NCBI GenBank assembly: GCA_030141605.1
Contig: JAQGDQ010000118.1
Location: forward strand, 310,001-374,000
Length of the DNA: 64,000 nucleotides
Source: Tubiluchus corallicola
Lineage: Eukaryota; Animalia; Priapulida
Direction: 5' to 3'
The translations under genes were made by a program, and so were the position numbers. The notes beneath the pieces were generated by a model. The model was not told where the DNA came from. It was given only the letters and a program-made list of their open reading frames with translations, and did not search any database. Shown in pieces: positions 40,326 through 53,063 of the stretch (positions within the stretch are counted from its first letter, which is position 1; the number at the start of each line of letters is the position of its first letter).

Positions 40326-43300
40326 GCTAATAAATACAATGTTTAGTTTTTTATTTATCGAAGTTCATGAAACAAGGACAGACCCACAAAAAAAATCAGG
40401 CAGGTGTGAAGACAGACCTTCACTCAGAATTGATATTAGAACAAACATTTTGCAATAAGAAATAAAGCTGAAATAGATGTAAATTGTGTGCTTTCATTAT
40501 CCAACGTTTAGATTCATAGTCGTCAGCAAGCTCTTAAAATTGATGCTTTAAGATTTATTTCGAAATCTTGATTACCGCATAGTCTCTGCAACTAATTTTA
40601 CTAAAATGTTTTCGACGTGAAATGTTTATTTAATAAAACTGCAACTATTAAAACCATGCAAACAGAAATCACGTACACAACTGCTGTTATGAGTGCATGG
40701 AAATATTGACTTAAATTATTGAGAGAAAAATATTGACTTAAAACAAAATTCAACGTTCACACAAAATTAATCTTTCAAAATACTAGGAAAGTTCGTACCG
40801 TATAAATAACACGTGTAGCAAAAAAGAGATTTAGGTTTTTGGAAGGTAAGTGACAGACACCCCAATCTAGGTCCGCCTTCTGTGCAAAGTGAAGCTGATT
40901 ACAACGAGTTAGCCAAGAAAGAAATTTGTGAGTGTTATCACGTGTGTTTGAACTAGCAGCAAAACAACTGCCGACTGTCTCTGATTTTGGAAATACAATC
41001 CGTCTTCTTAGAAGATCTGGTGTTGCAACAGTCTGTACTGTGTGTTAGTTTTAATGCTTAATATTTGATCGGCTGCATAAATTACAAGAGCAAATCTCGG
41101 TGGGGTTTCTTAGATGTTATCGCGATGGCGGAATAAGAACAGTGCTGCATCACTGAACATTATGTACAGGGCGGAAACGATGACAGCCTCATCACTGAAT
41201 ATTAGGCAGGACGAATTTTGACAGGGCTTTTTATTGGGTATATGTAGGGCAGAAGTACAACAGTGTTTCTTCGCTTTTTGGTAGTTGGTTGGGCGTGCAG
41301 TTTTTAGGACTTGAATTACGCACTGTGCACATACATCATCGAAATCTCCTTGCATCATAACGTTAAAACGTTTAAATTTTCTTTTGCGAATTCTGTTTTT
41401 CTGGATATTTAAGTATTTTTCTCATTTTGATCTGATTTCTGACTGAACCATATTTTATCCTAAATTTGACTATTATTTTTTTAGGAATGGCTGGTTTTTG
41501 TAGTTATTTTCTGTTTCTAGATGTTTACGTATTTTTCGTAGATGTGTTCTAAATACTCTGTCGTTATTGTCATTTGTTTGCTACTGTCTTCTGTGAAAGA
41601 CGATTGACTCGTCGTTACCAGCTTAACAGCTTTGGTTTTTCGCCACCCTTTCTCCGTTGTCCATTTGTATTTTTTGCGTATTTATTGTTATGTAATGTAA
41701 ATTGATGGAAAAAATAAATTAATAATCTAGTCTAAGTACACTTAATCTTAATTACTAGAAACAATACCAACTGATACTATAGTTAGCAGTATGGCATGTA
41801 ATGGAGGCAGCCGTTGAATGATATATAAAAATAAGCAGTAAGAAACACAAAAGGCTTTTCAAAAATTAAATTTCCATCTTGAATGTGTACGCGACGGCAA
41901 TGTTTGCACATGATCCACATTATTATCGGTTAACACTTTCTTTTGCAGTTTGATTTTTCATTTTATTTTTATTTTATTTATTTGTTCACGTTTTCACAGG
42001 GCAGCTAATAATTTCATTATAATCGGGACTTAACAGAATTTTTATAGATGGTTTCCTATTCTCAACTTTCTGTCAATTTAGATGCTTAACCCTTCTGTCC
42101 TTAACTTATCAGCCTGATCCTGTGATAAATACATCGAGTCATTCATTCATAAAAAGTTCATATAATGCCTTCACAGGTATTAATTAGGTTGTTGAAACTA
42201 AATTAAACCGAAAGCCGGGAAAGTGTAAAGGACCAAGCAGAAATTTGATCAGTTAAATATTTTAAGATGCTTCCTCAGAAGGTTCAGATAAGGTTTCAGG
42301 TATCTAGTCTCTTCTTCATTTCTTCAATAATATTGAAATTAAGACCATAAGAATTATTACGTTTATACGCTTTTTCTGACTTAGGCTTACTAGAAAACTA
42401 GTAAAATAAATGTATATGCTTAATACAGTCTTATGTGTATATAAGGGCGTAGTTTATCTTTGCATATAAGGTGATATACCGTTATTGACACAACACGTAA
42501 CTGTGCCTGTGGGAATTGTTTGCACTGGCGTCCCGGAAGGTTAGTGTGTCACCATCACCTGCCCTAAAAACACAAGGGGATAGTGTGGCTTCAGTATACG
42601 TTACCTGTGCGTGAACACTGGCAGGTGAAGCCGTACTTAAAGCTCTACTTCGGACACTGATAAATGACAAGTGCTGCAGGTGGGTCAGATGGGTTGAAAC
42701 TTGCTAGGAAAATGCAGAATTCTTATTTTCAGAAGTTTTCAGGAATGTGACGCGTATACTTATCACTCCACAATAAAAACATTCAGTCTGCTATTTGTAC
42801 ATGGTATAACGATGCCATTGCTCTTGCTGTTGCTGTCGCTTCTCTCACTGTTTCTGCTTCTGTTGGCCCTACTGTGGTCACTTTATGACGTTGACAATGG
42901 CGATGATATTAGCAATAATGATACCAACGATGGCGATCATAATAGCGATGATGGCCTTGACAATGATGATGATGATAACTAATATAATTATATCCAATCA
43001 TATAAATAATTTATCATCAAAGAAGGACAGTAAATACTAAATAAACAACTACACTGTTTGGTGTAATTATCCTGTGTTGAAAAATAGTCTCACATAGACT
43101 CATTTTAAAGTGCACTTTCTGAGTACTTTCCGGTATTAATTAGTTTTAGTTTCGAAAATAATCTATATTACGCTGCGCAGCATAGATCTTGAGCACATTA
43201 AACAAAGGATAATCTGGTATCCCGGCAGAATACGACATGAATTTGCCAGGAATGCGATGATACGCGCTGGCCTGGCGTTCAATGCAGACAACAAATGGAA

Positions 43301-43477
43301 TACCTACAATGCAACTGTGCCCGGTGTTACAGGAATTTAATGGCAAGGCGGTTGATGAAAAAACTTCTAGCTCTGAGACTGAGTCTGCTGCAGATTCTGG
43401 TTGAAAAGCAAAACATTCTTCCTGTCATTTGACTTTTATTGAAATTGAATTTCATATTGGAATGAAAAAATCCCATG

Positions 43478-43572
43478 AAATTAGTCTGTGTGGAAAATTA
43501 GTCTAACACAGACTAATTTTGATAGTGCAAGCTAAGACGTTTGTTTCAAAATTAGTCTTACGCAGACTAATT
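43478..43572. repeat. Cluster of nested short inverted repeats (AAATTAGTCT / AGACTAATT)
   Basis: Three forward and two reverse copies, forming hairpins at 43494-43520 and 43550-43572, each with a 5-nt loop. Confidence 0.8.
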
Positions 43573-44253
43573 ACAATGAACAATAAAATTCAAGAGTTTT
43601 CCAGAAGAATCTTCAAAATAATATAGCACTCAAAAGTAAAATCAATTTATAAAGTTCCACAATTGACTGCAGGACTTTACAGGAAATCAACTCTTTTTAG
43701 TTTATTTTTTAATATTAATAAAGCAATAGAAACTGAACAATACAACAAACGTTATCAACACAATACAATAACAGAAATAGACCAGGGACATCAAAGTGAC
43801 AAATTCCGGCAGGCCTATACTACAGGCGAAGCTAAAATATGATAAATAATTAAGTGTCCTTGGTTCAGGTTAGTCTAGGATTAGGCTACTGTTTTTTTAA
43901 TTATCAGTTGAATCCGCTTTCCTGAAAAGTTAAATTAATACTGGCGCACGTTTAATACATCGGTGCGTGTGCGGAATTAGAGAGTCTGATCTGCGCTACG
44001 AGTCATAATTAAGCCATTACGTCATGCTGTGATCATAAGACTTCCTAGGATCCTGAAATAATACACGGGTAATGCACGGATAAATTATAAATTAGATAGG
44101 ATGATTTTGATTGACGGACGGAACGGGAAAGAGAGGACGGATTGAGGTATGGGAATATCTGAAATGATACCAGTGATAGTTTTATTTAAACTTCTCGGAA
44201 CAGGAGAAAAGGGCGAGTAACATTTATGTTAAAATGCTATATATTATTTTTGA

Positions 44254-44629
<376 letters not shown>

Positions 44630-47600
44630 TTTATTGCTATAATGAAGTCGTTTTAAGACTTCTTTGTGTGAAAATTTCGATGTATAGTGTATAATTAAAC
44701 TAACGGATACTTGCCGCATCGTTTATTCTAGCTACATACTTCTGATTAACAGCATCTCATATGACACGAACTTGAAATTGATTTTGCATTAAATTTAATC
44801 TACACATATGCACTGAAAGGTAGGAACTGAAAAGAATGCGCAATTCAACTTTTTTCTGATCAGTATTATTTTAGCTTGCTTGCTCTTGACTAATGTATCG
44901 AACTTGAAAGGGGGAAAGTATCTGATGAAGATCACTAAAAATGTATTGTAATTGAAATTCTAAGTTAAATCCCAAGTTGTCCACATTTTATTTACACAGA
45001 TTTTTTATGATTTCAGTCAGGACTTTCCCATAGACGTAAGACAGTCGTTCGTAAATTTAACTTTTTTCTCCGAGACCTTTTTTCCTTAATGGAATTCTTT
45101 AACACAAAATAGTTTTCCGGTAATTTTTTCCACGAAAAACTAACTAAAGTTTCACTATTTTGAAGAACAGCCTCAACATATTATCAATAGAAAATTTGTT
45201 ATAAGAATTAGTTTTTTTCTGGACTTGTGTACAAATTTTGACTTGAGGCGTAATTCCTTAGCTAGAGTGCCCACAGGTACAGGGCACATTTAAAAAGCAG
45301 CAGCCTTTGAAACTAATTAAATTAATAGAATAACTTGATAGAATGACTTAGAACAAATTAACTTTAACTGAATCTATTTGTTCAGCATATTCAGTTAAAA
45401 CTTAATTTAAAAATCTTTTAGTGCAATGCCATGTGGTATATCAGTGTTTTATCTCATTTTCTGTTGAATTATAAATTACTGTTCATGTATAGTAAACTGA
45501 AATCTAAATGTAAACGTAGCGACTTTCTGGCTCATTTATGAATAGAGTCATGTATTTTTCTAATTAATTTTTTGTCGTTTTCTAGTGTCACATTTTAAGA
45601 GCATAATTTTTTAGTTCACACCGCCTGGGGTTCTTTCACTGTGAAGTCTTTGTGTAAAAATACATTTGGTCATTAATTACCATCGCTCGTCGGGCTACTG
45701 CACGACTGCTAGCGCTCAAAGCTTCAAGCTTCTCTCTCTCTCATTGCGGTTGCAATTTCTTCATAGCGTTGAAAAGGGCAGCGCAGTCGCCATGTTGCGC
45801 AGGTCTAAACGCTCAGGGGAAAGCGTCACGTTTTACAATCGTTATAACAGCTATAAGTGTGCTGCGCGCCGCCGCACAGGTGCAAACCCCCTCACTTCAG
45901 CTGCCGATAAGAATGGAGGTGTGGCTTCATCTTTGACGTCACGACGAGTGGGCGTGGACAGGTCAGCTTGGTAATGGCAGGAGAAAGCAGTTTTCGACAA
46001 TGAGAGGTATATTGTTACATTCTTTTCCATTTTTAAAAACGTGAAAAAGATTTTTATTTCGTTAAATGAAGTGGCTTTATATTGTAATAATTAATTTAAA
46101 TTTAGTTCTTCTAACAGTTTGGATTCTCGTTAATTTATCATTGCTCAGCTTTTGCGTGATAGTCTTATTCACACAGGTAAAATCTCAGAGCTTGATAATA
46201 ATAAATTATTAATAGAGCTAGAAATAAATGCTATGAAATTTTTATTGATTTTTATAAACACTTAAAAATTGAAAACTTAAATTAAAGTTTAAAACAGTAA
46301 TTATGTGAAAGGCAATTATTATTAATATATTTAGGCGCATTTATAGTTCGAGAAGCGACCAACAAATAAAAATTTATTCTAATCTACAATTTCTATTCAG
46401 TATTAAGAAGGCTTAATAATATAAAAAACTGTAATAGCTAGATCTTCATGTTTCTTAAAGGAGTATATTAGGAATGTTAAATATTAATTATATTAGTATA
46501 TTTAATTATATATTGATGAGTAATCCGTGATTCAACCATATATGCCCTTAACCTGCAATACCCTAACATCACGGCGAGATATTCTCTTTCGAAAACAAAT
46601 TTGTAACTCAAACAATAACTTAAATAAATCAATTATTATAAAAAAATAACAATAATTTATAAATATTTAAATATCAAACAGCTGTTTAGCCACAAAGAAC
46701 GAAGTGTCCTTATTTTGCAGAACAACGAAGAAACATATATACTTAAATAAATTTTGTAAAACTCGGGTGATCAAAACGGACTTTAATATTATATTTTACT
46801 TGTCTACGTTCCATGAAGATTAATCAGACCAATAAATATATATATTAATTAATTTTATTATGTAATATAATAATATTATAAATAAAATTTGTCTAAAGCG
46901 AAAGCCTATTGCTTGTAAAATTGTTTTAAATAAGTAACACACTACTGTGGTAATCGCGTTTATTTCAGTCAGTTTCTGCAAAAAAATCAAGTTAATACAA
47001 AGTTCTTTACATACATAATGCATAAGATTTTACAACTCTACATTTTTCCATACTATTTTCAAAAGTTAAAGAGAACATTTTAAAGAGAAACATGATAATA
47101 TATATTTTATATGAAATGATGCAATGATCGCATGACAGGTATAAACCTACTATACTACGGGTTTATTGTAATTGATTTATTGTACTTTATAAGACAGCAG
47201 ACTACAGGCTCGCTACGAGTAGATCAATAATAAGTATTCTTAAAAACAAAAGGCACTTTCATTCGCTTGTTTGTTTGTTTGTTTTTGTTTATTAGTTTGC
47301 TCGTTAATTCATTCTTTCGTTCATTCGTTTATTCACTCATTTCTGTGAATACATGTTATGCTGGGCACTCGATGAACAACATTTGTTGATGCTCGATTAA
47401 TCATTCCTTCATTTATGCACAGCTCAAGAGTTATTTACATGTATAATAATTATTTTCTTGACAAGTTTAAGCATACAATTAACAGTAGGCCTACGCGTGT
47501 AACATTCATGTATCAATTCTCTATAACACAAGTCTGTACAAATACAAAGTTCATGTATCAGTTTCATGTGCCATGTAAAGCTTGAATGACCTTCATATTT

Positions 47601-48414
47601 TCAAGGGTGTAAATTGTGCACGTCATTTCAAAACCAGAACTGGTCTACCTACCGTTAATTACTATACTGTCAAACAGTTTACGTTTCATGGGAAAACCAT
47701 TGTGTGGCTAAAGTTAGCTATAGACCGCTATAGACTGGGTTAAGCTAATAAGCTAAGTTTTATCGAAATTCAGCTCTTGCCAGGATGAAAAATATCGTAT
47801 ATAGTTAAGATAATTTCTGATATCTTTCAGCAAACTACTATAATATTATAAACTACTATAAAATTAAAAGTAAGTTTTGATTCCTATACTTCAATTCCTT
47901 CATAAATTTGGGTAATACATGTGAATGCCTAATTGCAATTTACTTGAATAAAGTCTTTGATACACGTGCTTTAATGAATCATTTTTCTTACACTAAAATA
48001 AATCTGAATGCTGAAGACCGCCTAAATTTAAGACTTAGACAAATAAATACTCAATACAATATATTAAATAGTTGAAGCCGAATTACCGCATTGCCTATGT
48101 CAGATTGTGTCTCAAGGATTCTGTAGCTTGTGGAATACTGATTTTGGATAATGAAAGCAAACTACAGTCAGTCTGACATAAGACAGTGTTCGCATCGACT
48201 ACAACTTTGTTGTGTCTGAAAAAGCAAGAATTCAGAACTAGACAACCGACTTTTGACAGTAGCGAAAAAGATACAACAGTTGTTTCAGCATAGTCTGGGT
48301 TGACTTTAGTTCAGACAAGCTTGCTGTAAGAAAAGCCCAAAATTTTTGATTGTCATTACACAGGAATACTCTACTTATTTTTAACTATTCCTTAAATTCA
48401 CCTAGATGTTATGT

Positions 48415-48938
48415 CGGTGTAGCAGGTCAAATTGACCCCTGCCTAGATTAAACCCAGGTGTAGTTTAGCCCAGGCGAGAGTATACCCTGGAGGATAAACT
48501 GTCTAACGCCAGACTATACCCGGGGTGTAAAATAGATTATACCCCTCCAAGCCAGAATATATCCCTCTTGTGGAAAGAGGTTTTGATTGTATTTACACAG
48601 TGTATTTGATCTTTGTGGAGTCTAATATTTTTACTGATTCTGATTTTCCTGCTTGAAGTAATAAAAGTCTATGTGTTCAGAGTTGTGGTTTTATTTCAAG
48701 ATTTAAGTCAGTTAGGTTTCTCACTTAACTTTCCTGAGACTTACATGAAACCCAAATAAAATGTTGAAAAATTAAGTAATTCTTGTGTATATGACCCAAC
48801 GGTGCTGATATCATGGGGGTATAATCTTGGATGGGGTATGAATTGTCCTTGGACAATGTACCCGGCGTATAATCTAGTCTAGATCGCTTTAACCCAAGGT
48901 ATACTCTGAACTGGGGTATGCTATGGCCTGTTACATCG
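48415..48938. mobile_element. Non-autonomous DNA transposon (MITE) with TIRs and TATACCC subterminal repeats
   Basis: Left end CGGTGTAGCAGGTCA versus right end reverse complement CGATGTAACAGGCCA (12/15, all transitions). Multiple TATACCC motifs on the left and GGGGTAT motifs on the right, with an AT-rich centre. Confidence 0.65.
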
Positions 48939-51248
48939 AGCTTATAACACCAACTTCTAGAAATCTGCAGAATGGGTCAAATCAGCTGTCAGACTATCAT
49001 TTTAACGAAACTTTCTGGTCATTTCATGTCTTTCACATCAATACTTATAAGAAGTGCTTTCACATAAATAATAATGCCCACGACTGTATACACGAAGGCT
49101 CTCAATTAGAGGAGAAAGGAAAAACCTATATTCTGAAACTTTAGTAAACTGTATGAATGGCATAATACTATAAAGCATGAAAAACTCATAATAAGAGTTG
49201 TAAAACTCATTAATCAACTTTTCTGTAGGTTTCTTTGAACCATAAGCATTTATTTACTAAAAGCTGTCTTTTTCATACTTTCAAAAATGTCGCCTGCACA
49301 ACAACTGCATTTTCTATATGTGAATTTCAAAAATGTCCAAAAAACAAAAGACCTGAAGATTAGTTTGAGAAAAAAGCTGAAAATTGATGGAGTTGCTAGA
49401 GGATGGTAAATTAAATGTTAAAATTGTATTTCTAAAAACACATTTAAACTGCAGGAAATCAAATTGAAAACTGAAATAGAACCGTGAACATTATTTTCAA
49501 AGTTAGAAGTAGGTTTCGTGTGTGCCAATAAAGCCCTAAAACACCGTATAAGAAAGTAAACTTTGCTAGTTCAGTATCTCGCAGTAGTGCGGCTGCTACT
49601 ATCATTTTCAGTGTGTCCTAATGTGTGAATCACTGCCTCTCCTGGGGCAAGTAATACCAAAAGGAATACTTTTAACTATCAAAAAGGATATCTTTATCTT
49701 AATCTGAGCATAGATTTCAAGGACACGACTTGTATTAATTAGCAATTTTAAAACAAAGTTCCCTTTTGAACTTTGAATTATGTAGAACTGGTCAATACAG
49801 ACCACTACTAGTATAGATCTATATATATGAAACACAAAATTTTAAATGCAACATTTGGGCCAAAGACCACTCACACATACGAATGCATCCTGGCGAAAAA
49901 CACCTCCGAACTATCAGTTTTAGATTAAAGTTCAAATAACGTTGACGTGTCACATTTGTCTGGCTGATAAAGCTAGCTTTCGCATTCTCTAAAAGAGGAT
50001 TATTTGGCAATTAAATTGATCTTCAGATTTTTCCTTTTTTACTTCTTTTATTTTGCTGCTGTTTTGCAATATTTTCGACAGTTATTGCAAATTCTGACAA
50101 CTTGAGTAAGAAAACGAGTAGATTTATTTGCTCTATTTAAATAATGTTATACAATTATCTTATACATATTTATCAGTATAAGAGCATTGAATTTGGAGAT
50201 TAAGCTACTATTCAACTTTGTGCAGTAATTTTAAGTATCATATTACTCAATTAAAGTATTAGAAAGAGACGCAAATTAGTCGCTTTGCTTGTTACTAACG
50301 ATATTACCTCATTACACATTTTCAATATATTCGGTTTGGAGAAGTTTTAGGGGTATGTATTATCTGGATTAGATGCTACAAAGTAGCCTGAGTAATCGAA
50401 TCAGGCAAGTTGAATCTGATCTCGCTTAGGCCTGCAGGCTCCATAACCCTACACGACGTCAGTGACTTATTTTCTGCCCTCATTAGATTACAATCCTTAC
50501 TAATAAAATCTTCGTCGACCTGCGGTGCACTAATTTCGTTAGAGGCGCGCAGCCATCTTGATGATTTCTCCAAATTTGGCGCGATTACACACGTAATTGG
50601 TCACAAACAGGAATTGTAAGTGAATTTGGAAGGAAATCAAAGAGAAACGCAATGGACAGCATATTGGAGAAATGGGAGGGTATACTGTGTTCGTGTATAG
50701 GACAGAAGGCGTTATTACAATTTCTGTAAGGCCTCTAGTAAAGTACATTAAATTATGGACTTACTCAGCCTAATGATTATGATTAATGTATTATGGTGCA
50801 TTGGTAAAAGAGTGTCATTTAAGTATAGTCAGTTGATTTTTGCTTTTAATAACATACACACTCAGTTGATCAAAAAGTATATGAATGTTTTTGTAATCAC
50901 AATTGCACGCGTAGCGGTCTAGGTGTGTAAAAATTTGTTCAAATGTGAAACCCGTGTTTTATAGATTTTTCTCTAAATATTTTATTATGAGGCTTCGTTG
51001 ATATTCTCGCAGCATTTTCCAGCTAAGATTGCCAATTTGCGCTAAAACAGCCCGTATGCAACTCTTGATGGTTTATTCCCAGTGAAACTGCCTGTCAGTA
51101 TGGTAATGCGTGTTGTCAATTTCACGCAAAAATTGTTAAAATTGTCTAGATCCGCAAAACTCACGCATCTTGAAGCTTAATCTCCATCTACAGATAGACT
51201 AACTTGTTTTTATCATTTTTTTAACCGAGTTTGGAGATAGCTGCTTTG

Positions 51249-51397
<149 letters not shown>

Positions 51398-53018
51398 ATG
51401 ACAAGTAAATTATTACAAACGAAAGTTTCTAAAAAGTTTTTACAAATCAGGTACTCAAATAATAACGTATGGGTTACCATTAACATTATTATTATGTCTA
51501 CTATACACTGGATTTGCAATTATCGCGAAGGAAGCAAAATTCATATTATAAAATACAATACTGTAATCACTTTGACGCATTTTCATATTTTTACTTGCTC
51601 ATACTGCCTGTGCGTTAAGTAAGGTGCTACAAGAATATTCTTGAAACAGTTTTATGTATTTGTCAGGTTATTTATTAGAACGTTTGTCCTAATACAATTA
51701 ATTCCTGTATTCTTTCTTCATTTTTGATTCAGTTGTCTTCGGTAAATAAGCCGCCTGTTTTCTTTGTACGAGCAGTAATTGCGGCACTAAAAAGTTTTTT
51801 GATTGAAAAGTGTAAAAAAAACCACGGATAGGAAAGGAATGTTGCGAAATAACAAAATCACAAAAATGTTCTTTGGCCACTATATATGTGTGCATAGTGT
51901 TTAATATAAGGAAAATCATACATAACCACGAGGTTCCAATGCACTCGAGGATCCGACACACAGTACGTAGTTCTAATGAGGCACATCTTAACCAGGCTAT
52001 AATCCAAGATAATCGAAACCCTTATAAAATCTTGATACGCTTGTGAGTAGATTGCGTTTCTTTGGGGATATAGAGTGAATGTGCAATCAGTGCCAGTGCA
52101 AAGAAAATTGCATCTGTCCCTCTTCTTCCCCTGTCATCATCACTAACGAACTGTTGTCAAGTGCCACCACTAACACGAAACTTGAAGAAATTCACGACGT
52201 CGCCGTCACTCATCTTCTGGCGTTGCCATGACGACGACGGGATGCTGATACCTCTGTCCTCGGTTTCGCATTGTTAATTTGGCAATTAGTGGCGTGCGTT
52301 GTTTCGCGCGAAATCATCATGATTTAGCCAGCAGACATATAACTGCCTCTTGCTCACTTAATGAAAGCGAAAAAAGACAGCAGCCAACTTACATGTAGAC
52401 AGTTCCTGAGTAAAACAATTATTTAGACCTGCTTTGTCTCAGTACCTTCTAATGATACAACTCAACACAAACCTTTTAGCACTACTTTCATTCGTTGTAT
52501 TTGCTCGTTGCTCCTTAATTTGTTCACTCATTCATTCATTTTTATAATTAATCATTTATTTATTTATTTGTTTTTTAAATTATTTAAATTTATTTATTTA
52601 CTTATTTTTTTTGTTCGTTTTTCGCTCATTTACAAGATCGTCAAATGTTATTAACACATTTTTTAATTTTTTTACTTCATCCTTGTTAATCATGTTCAAG
52701 TTTAATGATGGTCTATGAATTTTATTTCAAACAAATATGGTACTGGCAGCATTCTTTGAAAATGTGTTTGAAGAATTCATTTTTAGAAGAAACAAAACCA
52801 AAAACAAAAAATGTTTGGCACTTTGCAAGTCGTGATCCAGCATTCAACACCAAAGCCTCATTCAACACACAATTTAAATGACTGCGGTGAAACAAGAATG
52901 TCGCTCATTGTCAAGGTTACCCATGTAAGATGAGGTATTGACTCAGCAGAAGTGACAGCAACCCTCCCAGGGGTCTCCCTAAACAAATTAGACAGCCGGG
53001 GCAGGTGAAATCACCAAG

Positions 53019-53063
53019 AGTCATCCATCCGCTCACTGATCAAGTTTGGTGTTGCTTAACTTT
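53019..53063 (-). pseudogene. 5S rRNA-derived fragment (internal control region), possibly a SINE3 head
   Basis: Minus strand reads AAGTTAAGCAACACCAAACTTGATCAGTGAGCGGATGGATGACT. This is colinear with 5S box A / intermediate element / box C (AAGTTAAGCAACGTCGRGCCxGGTTAGTACTTGGATGGGTGACC, recalled). Confidence 0.6.

Larger units (their letters stand above)
40033..40337. mobile_element. Foldback element with ~139 bp inverted arms, each holding a hammerhead ribozyme and AATAAA (Penelope-like pLTR / retrozyme-type)
   Basis: 40033-40172 is the reverse complement of 40199-40337, with 6 substitutions and about 3 single-base indels by manual alignment. The spacer is about 26 bp. Confidence 0.85.
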
